From Actinomycetes bacterium (GTDB lineage: Bacteria; Actinomycetota; Acidimicrobiia; Acidimicrobiales; Palsa-688), in the NCBI GenBank assembly GCA_021828685.1, contig JAJZDJ010000001.1, forward strand, positions 6,191 to 70,190: 64,000 bases of DNA, read 5' to 3'. Shown here piece after piece: positions 17,384 to 27,531 of this stretch (its first letter is position 1; every line of letters begins with the position of its first letter). The notes beneath the pieces were generated by a model, which saw only the letters and a program-made list of their open reading frames with translations, made no database searches and was not told the origin of the DNA. The position numbers and the translations under genes are program-made.

Positions 17384-17409
17384 TCCCGAGACACTAGGTT
17401 GGCGGAGAC

Positions 17410-18129
17410 ATGCCTACGCTCGCCCCTGAGACCCCCACTGCGTCGACGCAACCGCCGCTGCGCAAGGATCGGGACAGAAAGACCCACCTGCCTCCGAGCG
17501 TCCTGATCCTCGTCCGACACGGCACCACCTCCAGCACGGGAAAGATCCTTCCGGGGCGAGCGAAAGGCCTTCACCTGTCCGACACCGGCCGGGGGCAAGC
17601 TACGAAGGTCGCCGAGAGACTCGCTGCGTGGTCACAGGCTCGGGGGGCCAACGGCATTTCGGCGGTGTACTCGTCGCCTTTGGAGCGGACCCGTCAGACA
17701 GCCGCTCCGATCGCCAGCGCGTTGCGCCTTCGCGTCTCCGTCGAACGCGGCCTGACCGAGTGTGACTTCGGAGAATGGACGGGCGCCGAGCTCAAGGCTT
17801 TGATGAAGCTTCCGGAGTGGACGACCGTGCAGCGCTACCCGAGTGGTTTTCGTTTTCCGAAAGGTGAATCCTTTGCTGAGATGCAGGCTCGCATGACGTC
17901 GACCCTCGGTCGCGTGCGAAACGACCATCCGGGCCAAGCCGTGGTTCTTGTCTCCCATGCAGATCCGATCAAGGCAGCTGTCGCAGACGCCCTCGGCACC
18001 CATCTGGATCTCTTCCAACGAATCGTGATCTCGCCCTGCTCTGTGACAGCGATCTCCTACGGGCCGTCGGGGCCGAACGTGCTGTCCGTCAACTCCACCG
18101 GCGATATGAGCGAGCTGGTGGCCTCGTGA
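17410..18129 (+). CDS. Histidine phosphatase family protein (MSMEG_4193-type putative phosphomutase)
   Basis: LVRHGTT catalytic RHG motif and a later SHADPIKA (His) motif. It is the first gene of the actinobacterial triad with DUF3090 and SCO1664-family genes. Confidence 0.8.
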   Translation: MPTLAPETPTASTQPPLRKDRDRKTHLPPSVLILVRHGTTSSTGKILPGRAKGLHLSDTGRGQATKVAERLAAWSQARGANGISAVYSSPLERTRQTAAPIASALRLRVSVERGLTECDFGEWTGAELKALMKLPEWTTVQRYPSGFRFPKGESFAEMQARMTSTLGRVRNDHPGQAVVLVSHADPIKAAVADALGTHLDLFQRIVISPCSVTAISYGPSGPNVLSVNSTGDMSELVAS

Positions 18130-18647
18130 GCGAATCCTTCGACCTTCCCGAGGCGGACTGGGTGCTGATCGGCGTGGTGGGGGAGCCCGGGAGGAGAACC
18201 TTCTACCTTCAGGCTGGGCAGGGTCCCACGGCCGTGACGCTCAAAGTCGAGAAGGCGCAGGTCGGAGCCCTGGCTGGTTTCATCGCAGATATGCTCGCCG
18301 ACCTCCCGGACGAGGCCGGGACGCACGCTGGAGCGTCGGTCGGGGGAGATCTCCGCGAACCTGTTGAACCAGCGTGGACAGTAGGGGCAATCCAGCTTCG
18401 ATACGACAATGTCGCCGACCGTGTGATCATCCACGCCGAGGAGGTGGTCGCTGAACTCGAGGACGAAGAGCCGTCCGACGACGCGGGGTTTGCGCGGATA
18501 GGCCTCTCACGCGCGCAGGCGCGGTCGTTCGTGGAGGTGGGCTCGGCGCTGGTCAACTCCGGAAGGGCAATCTGCCCGCTATGCGGTCGCCCGATGAACC
18601 TCGAAGGACATTCGTGCCCTCGCACGAACGGTCACCACTCGGCGTAG
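18126..18647 (+). CDS. DUF3090-family protein with C-terminal Zn-ribbon-like Cys/His cluster
   Basis: GEPGRRTFYLQA...VKVEKAQV N-terminus and C-terminal CPLCGRPMNLEGHSCPRTNGH. GTGA overlap with the upstream phosphomutase. Confidence 0.72.
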   Translation: MSESFDLPEADWVLIGVVGEPGRRTFYLQAGQGPTAVTLKVEKAQVGALAGFIADMLADLPDEAGTHAGASVGGDLREPVEPAWTVGAIQLRYDNVADRVIIHAEEVVAELEDEEPSDDAGFARIGLSRAQARSFVEVGSALVNSGRAICPLCGRPMNLEGHSCPRTNGHHSA

Positions 18648-19342
18648 ACGCGGCGAAGCTTCTCTCGACCGGTACCGTCGAGATCGAGGGCCGGATGCCG
18701 TGGAGCAGCAACGGGACGTTCCTCGTAACGGTTTCGGATAGCACGAATTCTGTCGCGGCAATCTACAAGCCTCTCCGATTCGAGCGACCCCTCTGGGACT
18801 TTCCAGGTGGACTTTACCGCCGGGAGGTCGCGGCCTTCGAGCTTGCCGGCGTCCTTGGATGGGACATCGTCCCGCCGACACTTGAGGTAGGCGAGTCCGC
18901 CCCGCTCGGAGTCGGCTCGATGCAGCTGTTCGTCGACGCCGATTTTGAACAGCACTACCTGACTCTTGTAGGAAACGACGAGTATCGCCGGAGTCTACGT
19001 CAGATGGCATTATTCGACGTCGTCGCCAATAACGCCGACCGTAAAAGTGGTCACTGTCTAGTGGACCGTGCCGGCCACATCTGGGGGATCGACCACGGCT
19101 TGTGCTTCCACCCCGATCCGAAGCTTCGGACAGTCATCTGGGACTTCGCAGGAGAGTCGCTCGACGAAGAGGACCTAGAGACTCTCCGACGTGTGGATAG
19201 CGACGAAGTCGACCGTCGCATGCGGAACCTGCTCGACGCCGAGGAACGTGAAGCAATCTGTTACCGGCTGGGGGTGCTGCTGGCGGAAGGACGGTACCCT
19301 TACCCGCAGACGAATCACCCCTATCCGTGGCCGTTAGTGTGA
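18581..19342 (+). CDS. SCO1664-family protein (PI3/PI4-kinase-like catalytic fold)
   Basis: NNADRKSGHCL...GIDHGLCF resembles the PI3K/PI4K catalytic and activation loops. The start is uncertain, and the ORF-track start overlaps DUF3090 by 67 nt. Confidence 0.7.
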   Translation: MRSPDEPRRTFVPSHERSPLGVDAAKLLSTGTVEIEGRMPWSSNGTFLVTVSDSTNSVAAIYKPLRFERPLWDFPGGLYRREVAAFELAGVLGWDIVPPTLEVGESAPLGVGSMQLFVDADFEQHYLTLVGNDEYRRSLRQMALFDVVANNADRKSGHCLVDRAGHIWGIDHGLCFHPDPKLRTVIWDFAGESLDEEDLETLRRVDSDEVDRRMRNLLDAEEREAICYRLGVLLAEGRYPYPQTNHPYPWPLV

Positions 19343-19366
19343 GACGACCCAGCGTCTTTGGTGGAT

Positions 19367-20335
19367 TCAGTTGCGCTTTTCGAGTGCCTCGATCAACTGT
19401 GGGAGGACTTTCTTCACGTCGCCCACGATGCCTAGGTCGGCAATGGAAAAGATCGGTGCTTCTTGGTCTTTGTTGATTGCGATGATGTTTTTGGAATTCT
19501 TCATCCCGACCATGTGCTGAGTCGCGCCAGAGATGCCACAAGCTATGTAGACGGTCGGCTTCACGGTCTTGCCGGTCTGGCCCACTTGATGCGAGTAAGG
19601 GACCCAGCCGGCGTCGACAATGGCGCGCGAGGCGCCGGCGGCGCCCTTGAGGAGCTTCGCGACGTTCTCGATCAGCTGGTAGCTGGCTGCGTCGCCGAGA
19701 CCCCTTCCACCTGACACCACGACCGGCGCCTCGTCGAGTTTTGGTCCTTCGCTCTCCTCGACATGCGAGGAGATGATTTTCGCCGCTCCCGTCGAAGCAA
19801 GATCGGGGACGTTCCAATTGTCAGTCGTGGCAGCGCCGTCAGTTCCCGGCTCGGCAGCGAACGACTTCGCACGTATCACGAACAGACCTGGGCCTGCAGC
19901 TGTGAAGGATGCACGGAGGACTTCGGTGCCACCGAAAATGGCGTGCTCGGTTATGAGACCGCTACCGGACTCCTCGACATCGACGATGTTTGTCAGCACC
20001 GGCCGGTCGAGACGAGCGGAGAGCCGGCCTGCAATGTCGCGCCCGTTGTAGGTCTGGGGAATGAAGATCGCGTCCGGGGACGAGCCGGAGCGCACCTGGT
20101 CTGCGATCGCTGCGCCAACAGCAGGCCCCGGGAGGCCACCGCCAAGGTCGCCGACGCTGTGCATCGTCTGGGCGCCGTGGGCGCCTACGACTTCCGCAAT
20201 CTGAGACGGATCGCCCCAGGTGACAGCCTCGACCGTCGTCGCCAACTGCCGGGCTTTGCTGAGCAGCTCGAGCGACACGGTCGCCACTTTGTCGCCGGTC
20301 CGGTCGACGACAACCCATATCACGTTAAGAGTCAT
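19367..20335 (-). CDS. etfA: Electron transfer flavoprotein alpha subunit
   Basis: C-terminal FAD-binding block VVSGGRGLG...PTVYIACGISGATQHMVGM...IIAINKD. Confidence 0.9.
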   Translation of the reverse strand: MTLNVIWVVVDRTGDKVATVSLELLSKARQLATTVEAVTWGDPSQIAEVVGAHGAQTMHSVGDLGGGLPGPAVGAAIADQVRSGSSPDAIFIPQTYNGRDIAGRLSARLDRPVLTNIVDVEESGSGLITEHAIFGGTEVLRASFTAAGPGLFVIRAKSFAAEPGTDGAATTDNWNVPDLASTGAAKIISSHVEESEGPKLDEAPVVVSGGRGLGDAASYQLIENVAKLLKGAAGASRAIVDAGWVPYSHQVGQTGKTVKPTVYIACGISGATQHMVGMKNSKNIIAINKDQEAPIFSIADLGIVGDVKKVLPQLIEALEKRN

Positions 20336-20352
20336 TTATCGAATTCCTTTGC

Positions 20353-21132
20353 TCAGATGACCTTGATGCGCTCGAGATACGCAAGAATGTGCTGGAAGCC
20401 TTCGCCGTCATCGGTGACTATCTCCCCTGCGGAGCGCGCCTCGGCGGGAACGACCGAGACGACCTGCTGGCGAGACCCGGCTGTGCCGACCTCGGAAGTG
20501 TCGAGGCCCAAGTCGGCGACGCTGAGCTCCTCGACGGGCTTGCTCTTGGCCGCCATGATGCCCTTAAACGATGGGTACCGTGGCTCCACGACCCCCGCCG
20601 TCACGGTAACGAGAGCCGGAAGGCCGACCTCTACCTCGTCGTAGCCCAGTTCTGTCTGGCGTTCGACGATCACCTTGTCGCCGGCGACTGTCACCTTCTT
20701 CGAGAAGGTGACAGATGGGAGGCCGAGGAGTTCGGCAACCTGAACCGGGACTGTGCCCGTGTAGCCGTCGCTCGACTCGGTCGCAGCGAGGATCAGGTCA
20801 GGCTCCGCCCGCTTGATAGCCGCTGCGAGGATCTTCGCTGTCCCGAGAGCGTCTGTCCCGCCGAGCGCCGGATCGGACACGAGGATCGCGTTGGCTGCGC
20901 CCATCGCCAAAGCGGTGCGCAGACCGCTCGTCTCCGAGTTGGGCGCCATGGAGACGAGGGTCACCTCGCCGCCACCTGCCTGCTCGGCGAGCTGGAGCCC
21001 CATCTCGACCCCGTAGGAGTCGGATTCGTCGAGGATGAGCTTTCCTTCCCTCACCAGGTTGTGCGACGCCTGGTCCAAGCGAAGGTTCCCTGCCGGATCA
21101 GGTATCTGTTTCACGCACACGACAACTTTCAT
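20353..21132 (-). CDS. etfB: Electron transfer flavoprotein beta subunit
   Basis: MKVVVCVKQIPDP N-terminus and an overall EtfB layout. The second in-frame ATG (21132) is chosen. Confidence 0.9.
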   Translation of the reverse strand: MKVVVCVKQIPDPAGNLRLDQASHNLVREGKLILDESDSYGVEMGLQLAEQAGGGEVTLVSMAPNSETSGLRTALAMGAANAILVSDPALGGTDALGTAKILAAAIKRAEPDLILAATESSDGYTGTVPVQVAELLGLPSVTFSKKVTVAGDKVIVERQTELGYDEVEVGLPALVTVTAGVVEPRYPSFKGIMAAKSKPVEELSVADLGLDTSEVGTAGSRQQVVSVVPAEARSAGEIVTDDGEGFQHILAYLERIKVI

Positions 21133-21221
21133 GGAACACATCTTTCTAGAAGCGGCTCGTCTACCGCCACTTGGCCAGCCCGCACCTGGCGGGTCAGCTG
21201 GGTGGTATCTTTCGAAGGATA

Positions 21222-21614
21222 GTGTCTGATGTCGACGTAGTCCGCCTCGTGGTCCCTGCTCGTCCAGAGTTCCTGCGCCTCGCGCGGGTGACCGCAGCAG
21301 GCCTGGCCGGTCGCCTCGGGTTCGTCTATGACGAGGTCGAGGACATTCGCTTGGCGGTGGACGAGATGTGCTTTGGAGCGGTAGGAAGTCGTGGCCGGGA
21401 AGGCGCCATGGAGATCCTGTTTCGCACCAGCCCTCACAAGCTCGTGATCGAGGGCAGGGGACGCTTCGAGGATTCCGGGTCGCCCCCTGGCCTAAATGAC
21501 TTGTCGCGCCTTGTCCTTGCGGCAGTCACCGACGAGCACGAGCTGACTACCCAGGACGGCACCGTCGAGTTCCGCATCGTGAAGAACCATTCCGAGCGAG
21601 CGCCTAGTGCCTGA
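21222..21614 (+). CDS. Anti-sigma factor (RsbW/UsfX-like, HATPase-like fold)
   Basis: 130 aa directly upstream of a group-3 sigma factor and overlapping it by 8 nt. The GTG at 21222 is preceded by a GAAGGA site. The match is on sequence pattern only. Confidence 0.55.
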   Translation: MSDVDVVRLVVPARPEFLRLARVTAAGLAGRLGFVYDEVEDIRLAVDEMCFGAVGSRGREGAMEILFRTSPHKLVIEGRGRFEDSGSPPGLNDLSRLVLAAVTDEHELTTQDGTVEFRIVKNHSERAPSA

Positions 21615-22398
21615 GAACCGGTCGGCGACGAGCGAGCTTTTCGCCGCGTACGCGGAAAGCCGCGACGTCACCATACGGGACCAGCTCGTCGCGGCCCACC
21701 TGGGTTTGGCTTCGTATCTGGCACGAAGGTTTGCGAACCGAGGACAGCCTTTGGATGACCTGATGCAGGTGGCATCCCTCGGCTTGCTCAAAGCTGTCGA
21801 ACGATTCGACGTGTCGCGCGGCGTTGCCTTCTCCACGTATGCGACGCCGACGATCGTCGGGGAGCTGAAGAGACACCTACGAGACCGGGGTTGGGCCGTC
21901 AAGGCTCCACGAAGGATGCAGGAGCTTTACGCAAACCTGGGCTCCTCAGTCGACAGGCTCAGCCAGTCGCTCGGACGATCGCCGACTGTCGGTGAGCTCG
22001 CCCAGGAGGTGGGTGCCTCTGAAGAGGAGGTTCTCGAAGCTCTCGAAGCAGGCCAGGCGTATCGTTTCGCATCCTTGGACACGCGTCCTGACGGGGAGGA
22101 GAGCAGCGACGCCAACAGCCCGCTTGGCAGCGAGGAGGAAGGTTTCGAACGCGCGGAAGACCGTATTCTGATCAACAAGTTCCTTGCCCAGCTGCCCACG
22201 GTTTCGCGTGAGGTAGTAGTCAAGCGATTTTTCGGCGGAATGACCCAGTCGGAGATCGCGCGAGAGCTTGGAATCTCGCAGATGCAAGTCTCGAGGCTTC
22301 TCGCAAGAAGCGTTGACCAGATGCGGGCTTTCGCTGTTGCGGCGCGTCCGAACGACGGGAGGAGCACCGAGGGCAGTTCCGGCCCGAGCGCGAGGTGA
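21607..22398 (+). CDS. RNA polymerase sigma factor, SigB/SigF (group 3) family
   Basis: Region 2 (LDDLMQVASLGLLKAVERFD...FSTYATPTIVGELKRHLRD) and region 4 HTH (MTQSEIARELGISQMQVSRLL). Confidence 0.85.
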   Translation: MPENRSATSELFAAYAESRDVTIRDQLVAAHLGLASYLARRFANRGQPLDDLMQVASLGLLKAVERFDVSRGVAFSTYATPTIVGELKRHLRDRGWAVKAPRRMQELYANLGSSVDRLSQSLGRSPTVGELAQEVGASEEEVLEALEAGQAYRFASLDTRPDGEESSDANSPLGSEEEGFERAEDRILINKFLAQLPTVSREVVVKRFFGGMTQSEIARELGISQMQVSRLLARSVDQMRAFAVAARPNDGRSTEGSSGPSAR

Positions 22399-22453
22399 CG
22401 GCTGCCCCAGCTGAAACCGCTGACCTGGTCACGTCACCGTCGCTGCTCGTCAC

Positions 22454-23476
22454 GTGAAGCTTCTTCTGCTCGTCAACGAATCGGCGTCGTCGGTAACGGC
22501 GCGCGCTCGGGTGGTGATCCACAAATCTCTGGCGGCTGATCACGATGTGACGATCGCAGAGACGACGAGACGAGGTCACGCCGCTCGACTTGCCCAAGGA
22601 GCCGTGTCCAAAGGGATCGACGTGGTCGTAGTACTCGGCGGGGACGGGACGGTCAACGAGACGGCCAATGGACTTGCGGGGACGGCGACTGCGCTCGGGG
22701 TGCTTCCTGGAGGGTCGACGAACGTCTTCGCTCGGACCATCGGAATGACGAACGACCCGATCGAAGCGACCGGTGAGCTTCTGTCGGCCTTGTCGAAGCC
22801 GGGCGGTGGGATCGAGCGGGTAGGGCTTGGCAACGCCGCCGGGCGACGGTTCCTCTTCCACTGCGGTATCGGCTTCGACGCTGCGGTTGTCGAGGCGGTC
22901 GAACGTAGGTCAAACTTGAAACGCTACCTGGGGCATACATTCTTCGCTTACAGCGCCTTGAGAACGTGGGCGACCGGCTACGACCGCCATCACCCGCATT
23001 TTTCCGTCTCGGTGCGCGACGCCTTCGGGATGGAGACCGTCGAAGACGGCGGGTTCTTCGCCATAGTCCTCAACACGAGCCCCTACACATACCTAGGCGA
23101 TCGAGCTTTCGACCTCGTCCCGGAGGTCGGACTTGGAACTCCGCTAGGGGTTGTAACCCTTCGATCCATCTCGGTCCCGGTACTCGCGATGGTGGCTTCG
23201 CGTACGCTTCGTCGAAGCGATGACCCCGCGCCGCGCGCCAAGCCCGGCGGCAAGCTGTTCCGCAATCCCAGCACGGGATCCGTGTCGAAAAATGTCGTCT
23301 CGGTGACCGTCCAAGCCGGAGCATCAGGAACGTTCCCTTACCAGCTAGACGGTGAACCGATGACGGAAGTTCAACGTCTCGACCTGTCCTGGGAACCTGA
23401 CGCTCTCGGTCTCGTAGTGCCTGCTTTGCGGGGCGCCCGCTGCCTCAAGGTCAAAAAGGGAACGTCGGAGCCTTGA
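22454..23476 (+). CDS. Diacylglycerol kinase-family lipid kinase (DagK/YegS-like)
   Basis: LLLVNESASS...VVVLGGDGTVNETANGL...LGVLPGGSTNVFAR catalytic-domain motifs. Confidence 0.85.
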   Translation: MKLLLLVNESASSVTARARVVIHKSLAADHDVTIAETTRRGHAARLAQGAVSKGIDVVVVLGGDGTVNETANGLAGTATALGVLPGGSTNVFARTIGMTNDPIEATGELLSALSKPGGGIERVGLGNAAGRRFLFHCGIGFDAAVVEAVERRSNLKRYLGHTFFAYSALRTWATGYDRHHPHFSVSVRDAFGMETVEDGGFFAIVLNTSPYTYLGDRAFDLVPEVGLGTPLGVVTLRSISVPVLAMVASRTLRRSDDPAPRAKPGGKLFRNPSTGSVSKNVVSVTVQAGASGTFPYQLDGEPMTEVQRLDLSWEPDALGLVVPALRGARCLKVKKGTSEP

Positions 23477-23580
23477 ATTCGCCTGTTGCCCCGCTTAAAG
23501 TGTCGAGGCGCTGTGTGCGCAGCCTTCGAAGGCGCATATACGTGATTCTTTTCACAAGCTTGTCAGAAAGGTAGTTCCGC

Positions 23581-23871
23581 GTGGCCTTGGCCTGGAGCCG
23601 CAGCATTGAATGGGACGTCGAGGACTGGCGTGACCGAGCGGCGTGCCGGGACACCGACCCGGATCTATTTTTCCCAGTCGGAAGTACCGGCGCGGCGATC
23701 GAGCAGATTGAGTCGGCCAAGCAGGTGTGTTGCAGTTGTGAATCCGTGCGATCCTGTCTTGAGTTCGCGTTGGCGACCAACCAGGAGTCCGGGATCTGGG
23801 GCGGAACCTCGGAGGACGAAAGGCGGCGGCTTCGCAGGTCCTGGCTCTCCGAGCAGCGCCGGACCTGCTGA
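23581..23871 (+). CDS. WhiB-family Fe-S transcriptional regulator
   Basis: Four Cys (C-x22-CCSC-x5-C pattern, CRDTDPDLFFP...) followed by the GIWGG turn and a basic tail. Confidence 0.9.
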   Translation: MALAWSRSIEWDVEDWRDRAACRDTDPDLFFPVGSTGAAIEQIESAKQVCCSCESVRSCLEFALATNQESGIWGGTSEDERRRLRRSWLSEQRRTC

Positions 23872-23893
23872 GCGTCAAGACTTGCAGAGCGGG

Positions 23894-25378
23894 TCATATG
23901 GTCACAAAGTCGTCGCTCGGATGATCCAAGGGAATCTCGATGTCTACGACCGTGCCGTTCCGGTTGTACATCTTTATGGTGCCTCCGAGTTGGCTGCGCA
24001 CGAGGCCGCTCACGATTGACAAGCCGAGGGACGACGACCCTTCGAGGGTGAAACCTTCCGGCAACCCGATGCCGTTGTCGTGCACCGATATCCGCAACGC
24101 GGGCCCGACACGATCGAGGTCGATCTGGACCTCGATCGCGCCTTGCGACGATTGACCGTCCTCGCCGCTTCCGACCGGCCGAGCGTGTTCAGCGGCATTT
24201 TGAAGGAGCTCGTTGAGTACGACTGCGAGCGGGGTCGCCACGGCCGCTTCAAGGCTGCCTGCCTCGCCCTGGCAGCTGATTCTCACAGGGCGGTCGAGAC
24301 TTCCCATGTCTTCGGTCATGCGGGCGAGGGAGGGAACTATGTCGTTGAAGTCAACGGCATCGGTAGTATCACGAGATAGTATCTCATGCACCAAGGCGAT
24401 CGAGCGAACCCGCCTTTCGGACTCCTCTAGGGCGTGGCGCGCTTCGCCTTGAGGCATACGCCTGTACTGAATCCGCAGAAGCGAGGAAATCGTCTGCAGG
24501 TTGTTCTTGACCCGGTGATGCACTTCGCGGATAGCTGCGTCCTTTGACAGCAGGAGCCGGTCGCGCCGTCGTAGGTCGCTGACGTCACGCACCAAGACCA
24601 AGGCGCCGCTTATCTCCACGTCGTCGAGGAGCGGTATGCAGCGCACGATGACCACGGTGTCACCCTCGCCGACCTCCTCGACGACTGGAAGTCGGCTCTG
24701 GTAGGCCAGCGGCACTGCGGTCTGGTAGATGCCGGCCTCGTCGAGTCGGATCCCGTCGATGCCGGAGTAAATCCCGAGGCGATGCAAGGCGTTCACCGCG
24801 TTCGGGGACGCGTAGTCGACGCGCGCCGACTCGTCTAGGACGAGCACGCCGTCGCCGACCCGAGGAGTTTCCGAGATGAACGTCTCGTCCACGGGGAACG
24901 GGTATTCGCCTCGGGCGATCATCCGTGCGAGACGGTCGAAAACCTCGACGTATACCCGCTCCAAGACCCCGGGACGCCGACGCACCGAAAGCGCCGACTC
25001 CCGGGTCATCACTGCAACAAGTGAACCCTGACATCGCACAGGAATGCACACGAGGCGGGCACGCTCACTGCGGGCTGTGACCCGGACCTCGTCCTCGACG
25101 ACAGCGCCCAGACGCCACGCCCGTGAGACGATCGTCTGCTCGTCATTGCCGATGACATGACCAACCAGGTCGTCGGGATGCAAGGTCTGGCTGGTTGTCG
25201 GCCTCACCTGGCCGACAACGACGAAGTCCGCGCTGTCCCGCACCGGTACGAACAGCAGCAGGTCCGCGAAGCACAGATCCGACAGCATTCCCCAGCCTGC
25301 GACGAGCCGCTGCAAGTGGGTGACCACACCAGGCTGAGCGCCACAGTGATCTTGGATGAGCTCGGCGAGAGTTGCCAT
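23894..25378 (-). CDS. pdtaS: PdtaS-type sensor histidine kinase (GAF-PAS-HisKA_2-HATPase)
   Basis: The N-terminus MATLAELIQDH...LVAGWGMLSDLCFADLLLFVP resembles PdtaS. It has the HisKA_2 H-box EVHHRVKNNLQ and a C-terminal HATPase (DNGIGLP). Confidence 0.82.
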   Translation of the reverse strand: MATLAELIQDHCGAQPGVVTHLQRLVAGWGMLSDLCFADLLLFVPVRDSADFVVVGQVRPTTSQTLHPDDLVGHVIGNDEQTIVSRAWRLGAVVEDEVRVTARSERARLVCIPVRCQGSLVAVMTRESALSVRRRPGVLERVYVEVFDRLARMIARGEYPFPVDETFISETPRVGDGVLVLDESARVDYASPNAVNALHRLGIYSGIDGIRLDEAGIYQTAVPLAYQSRLPVVEEVGEGDTVVIVRCIPLLDDVEISGALVLVRDVSDLRRRDRLLLSKDAAIREVHHRVKNNLQTISSLLRIQYRRMPQGEARHALEESERRVRSIALVHEILSRDTTDAVDFNDIVPSLARMTEDMGSLDRPVRISCQGEAGSLEAAVATPLAVVLNELLQNAAEHARPVGSGEDGQSSQGAIEVQIDLDRVGPALRISVHDNGIGLPEGFTLEGSSSLGLSIVSGLVRSQLGGTIKMYNRNGTVVDIEIPLDHPSDDFVTI

Positions 25379-25390
25379 CTTGACCGGCGT

Positions 25391-26572
25391 TCAGTTCCAG
25401 GTGTACTTGCCGAGCTTGAGCAAGCCCGCCAGGTCGTGGATATCGGTGTCCATCTCCGGGGCGCTGACCACGATGTGGGGTCGCCGTTCCAATTCCTGGC
25501 GGAGGGCCGCCTCGCGGCTCGCGACCATCGAGAAATTCGAAAAGTTGACCGCTATTTCCTCGAGCACCCGCCCGAGCTGTTCGGGATCGGTGCCTAGCTG
25601 TGCTGCGACGCTCGCAAGCGCGGTCGAGGCGATGCCGGCCGACTCGAGTCTGGCTGCGACTCGTGCGGCCTCGTCGTCTAGAAGATAGTCGGGCAGAACC
25701 TTGTTCAACACCAAAGCCCCGAGGTCGAGGCCCTTCTCGGTGAGCACTTCGATGAAAAATTCTGCCTCCGCCGCGGGTGCAGGCTCGAGAGTGCTGACGA
25801 CGACGAACGTCGTTCGATGGTCCCGCAGCAGTCTGTCTACGGCTCGGGCTCGCTCTACGAAACCCGGATACATCGTTTGGAAGAGGATGAAGAACTCGGC
25901 GATGTCCTCTAGGAACTGCGAGCCAAGGACTCGGTCGGCCACCTGATAAAAAGGACGCGAAGCGACGTTGACGAGCCGGCTCCTGTACGGAGCGATTAGT
26001 AGGCGTAGAAGTTTTGAAGAAAAGAACTCGGCCATCCGAGAAGGAGCGGCGATGAAATCGAGCGCGTTCCGGCTCGGAGGCGTGTCGACGACGATCAGGT
26101 CGTAGGTTCCGCTCGTGTGGAGCTCGTAGAGGCGCTCCATCGCAATGTAGTCGTGGCTTTGGACGAATCTTCCAGAGATGTTCGCGTAAAGCGGGTTCGC
26201 GAGGATCCGCCTCGACGTGGCGGCGTCGGGAGCGTGGCGGCGCACGAGGTCATCCCAACTCTGCTTCGTGTCGAGCATCGCGGCCCACATCTCGCCGCGA
26301 GGCTTCATGCCGAGGCGGTCAAATGCTTGCGGGTCCACCTTCCTCGCCTCGTTGCCCAAACTCTCTATACCTAGGGCGTCAGCGAGACGTCTCGCCGGAT
26401 CAACTGTCAAGACCAGCACTTTGCTCTTCTGGTGTAGCGCTGCCATGGCGGCGAGGGCAGCGGCCGTCGTCGTCTTTCCGACACCGCCCGACCCGCAAGC
26501 GATGACGATCTCCTTTGCGGCGACCATACCGCTCATAGCAGTCGCCGCCGGCGTAGCCACGCGTGGCGACAT
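25391..26572 (-). CDS. ArsA/Get3-like P-loop ATPase (second of a pair)
   Basis: Deviant Walker A CGSGGVGKTTTAAALA. The pair is arranged like the mycobacterial Rv3679/Rv3680 genes. Confidence 0.8.
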   Translation of the reverse strand: MSPRVATPAATAMSGMVAAKEIVIACGSGGVGKTTTAAALAAMAALHQKSKVLVLTVDPARRLADALGIESLGNEARKVDPQAFDRLGMKPRGEMWAAMLDTKQSWDDLVRRHAPDAATSRRILANPLYANISGRFVQSHDYIAMERLYELHTSGTYDLIVVDTPPSRNALDFIAAPSRMAEFFSSKLLRLLIAPYRSRLVNVASRPFYQVADRVLGSQFLEDIAEFFILFQTMYPGFVERARAVDRLLRDHRTTFVVVSTLEPAPAAEAEFFIEVLTEKGLDLGALVLNKVLPDYLLDDEAARVAARLESAGIASTALASVAAQLGTDPEQLGRVLEEIAVNFSNFSMVASREAALRQELERRPHIVVSAPEMDTDIHDLAGLLKLGKYTWN

Positions 26573-27531
26573 CAGTAACCCATTTCGGCTGCGAGCGCCT
26601 CTGCGACGTGACGGGTGGTGCGAAGCCCGCTTCCTCTCGAGAACAGGTATGGCATGTAAAGCATGGCGATCTCGGGGCGGACGGCGCTACGCAGATCCTC
26701 CAAGTGCCCGGTTCTGGAGCGTCGCATGGTCACAGTGAGCCGAGCTGCATCGACAATCGACTCGAGTGACCCTCCGAGTTCCGACTCGATGCCACGACGC
26801 GAAGCCGGGTCTTCAAGGCGAGCAAACACCTCCTCTTCTCTACGGCCGAAGAGTTCGGGAAGGACCCGGTTTACTACCACGGCGCTCAAGGCGACGTTGG
26901 TCTCGTCGTCGAGGCGCGCCATGAGCTCAACGGTCTCGCTAACCGGCATCTCGGCCGGAGTCGCGACTATCACGACCCCCGTGCGGTCATGGTCACCGAG
27001 GATGTCCAGCATCCATCCGGTCTGCTGGCGGACGAGTCCGACCTTCACAAGCTCGTTGATCGCCTGTGGTGCTGCGAGCTGGCCGACGACATGGCCGCTC
27101 GAGGGCGCATCGACGATGACAAGGTCATAGTGGCCTTCTTTGACCTCCCAACAAAACTTCCCGACCGTTACGATTTCCCTGACCCCCGGCGCCGCCGAAG
27201 CGACGAAGTCGAACATGCGGGCGACTGGGCCGATCCGAGTGATCAAGGGCAATTTCAGCTGAAGTGACAGGTATTGCTTTAGAGAGGCTTCGGTGTCCAT
27301 CGACATCGCCCAAAGGCGCGGCGCGACCTGCCGTTCGGCGAAACCGAGCGGTCCGACCTCGTAGAGGTCCGCGAGATCTCCTCTGGCATCCACGTCGCAG
27401 ACGAGGGTTTTCTTGCCCCGCTCGGCAGCCAACCACGCAAGGGCGGCTGCGATCGTGGTCTTACCGACGCCACCCTTCCCGGTGACGAAAACCAGCTGAT
27501 GGTCTAGTAGGTCAGCCACGCACCGCGGCAC
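26572..27531 (-). CDS. ArsA/Get3-like P-loop ATPase (first of a pair)
   Basis: Walker A TGKGGVGKTTIAAALA and DAPSSGH switch motif. It has a 1-nt overlap with the downstream paralogue. GTG start. Confidence 0.8.
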   Translation of the reverse strand: MPRCVADLLDHQLVFVTGKGGVGKTTIAAALAWLAAERGKKTLVCDVDARGDLADLYEVGPLGFAERQVAPRLWAMSMDTEASLKQYLSLQLKLPLITRIGPVARMFDFVASAAPGVREIVTVGKFCWEVKEGHYDLVIVDAPSSGHVVGQLAAPQAINELVKVGLVRQQTGWMLDILGDHDRTGVVIVATPAEMPVSETVELMARLDDETNVALSAVVVNRVLPELFGRREEEVFARLEDPASRRGIESELGGSLESIVDAARLTVTMRRSRTGHLEDLRSAVRPEIAMLYMPYLFSRGSGLRTTRHVAEALAAEMGY

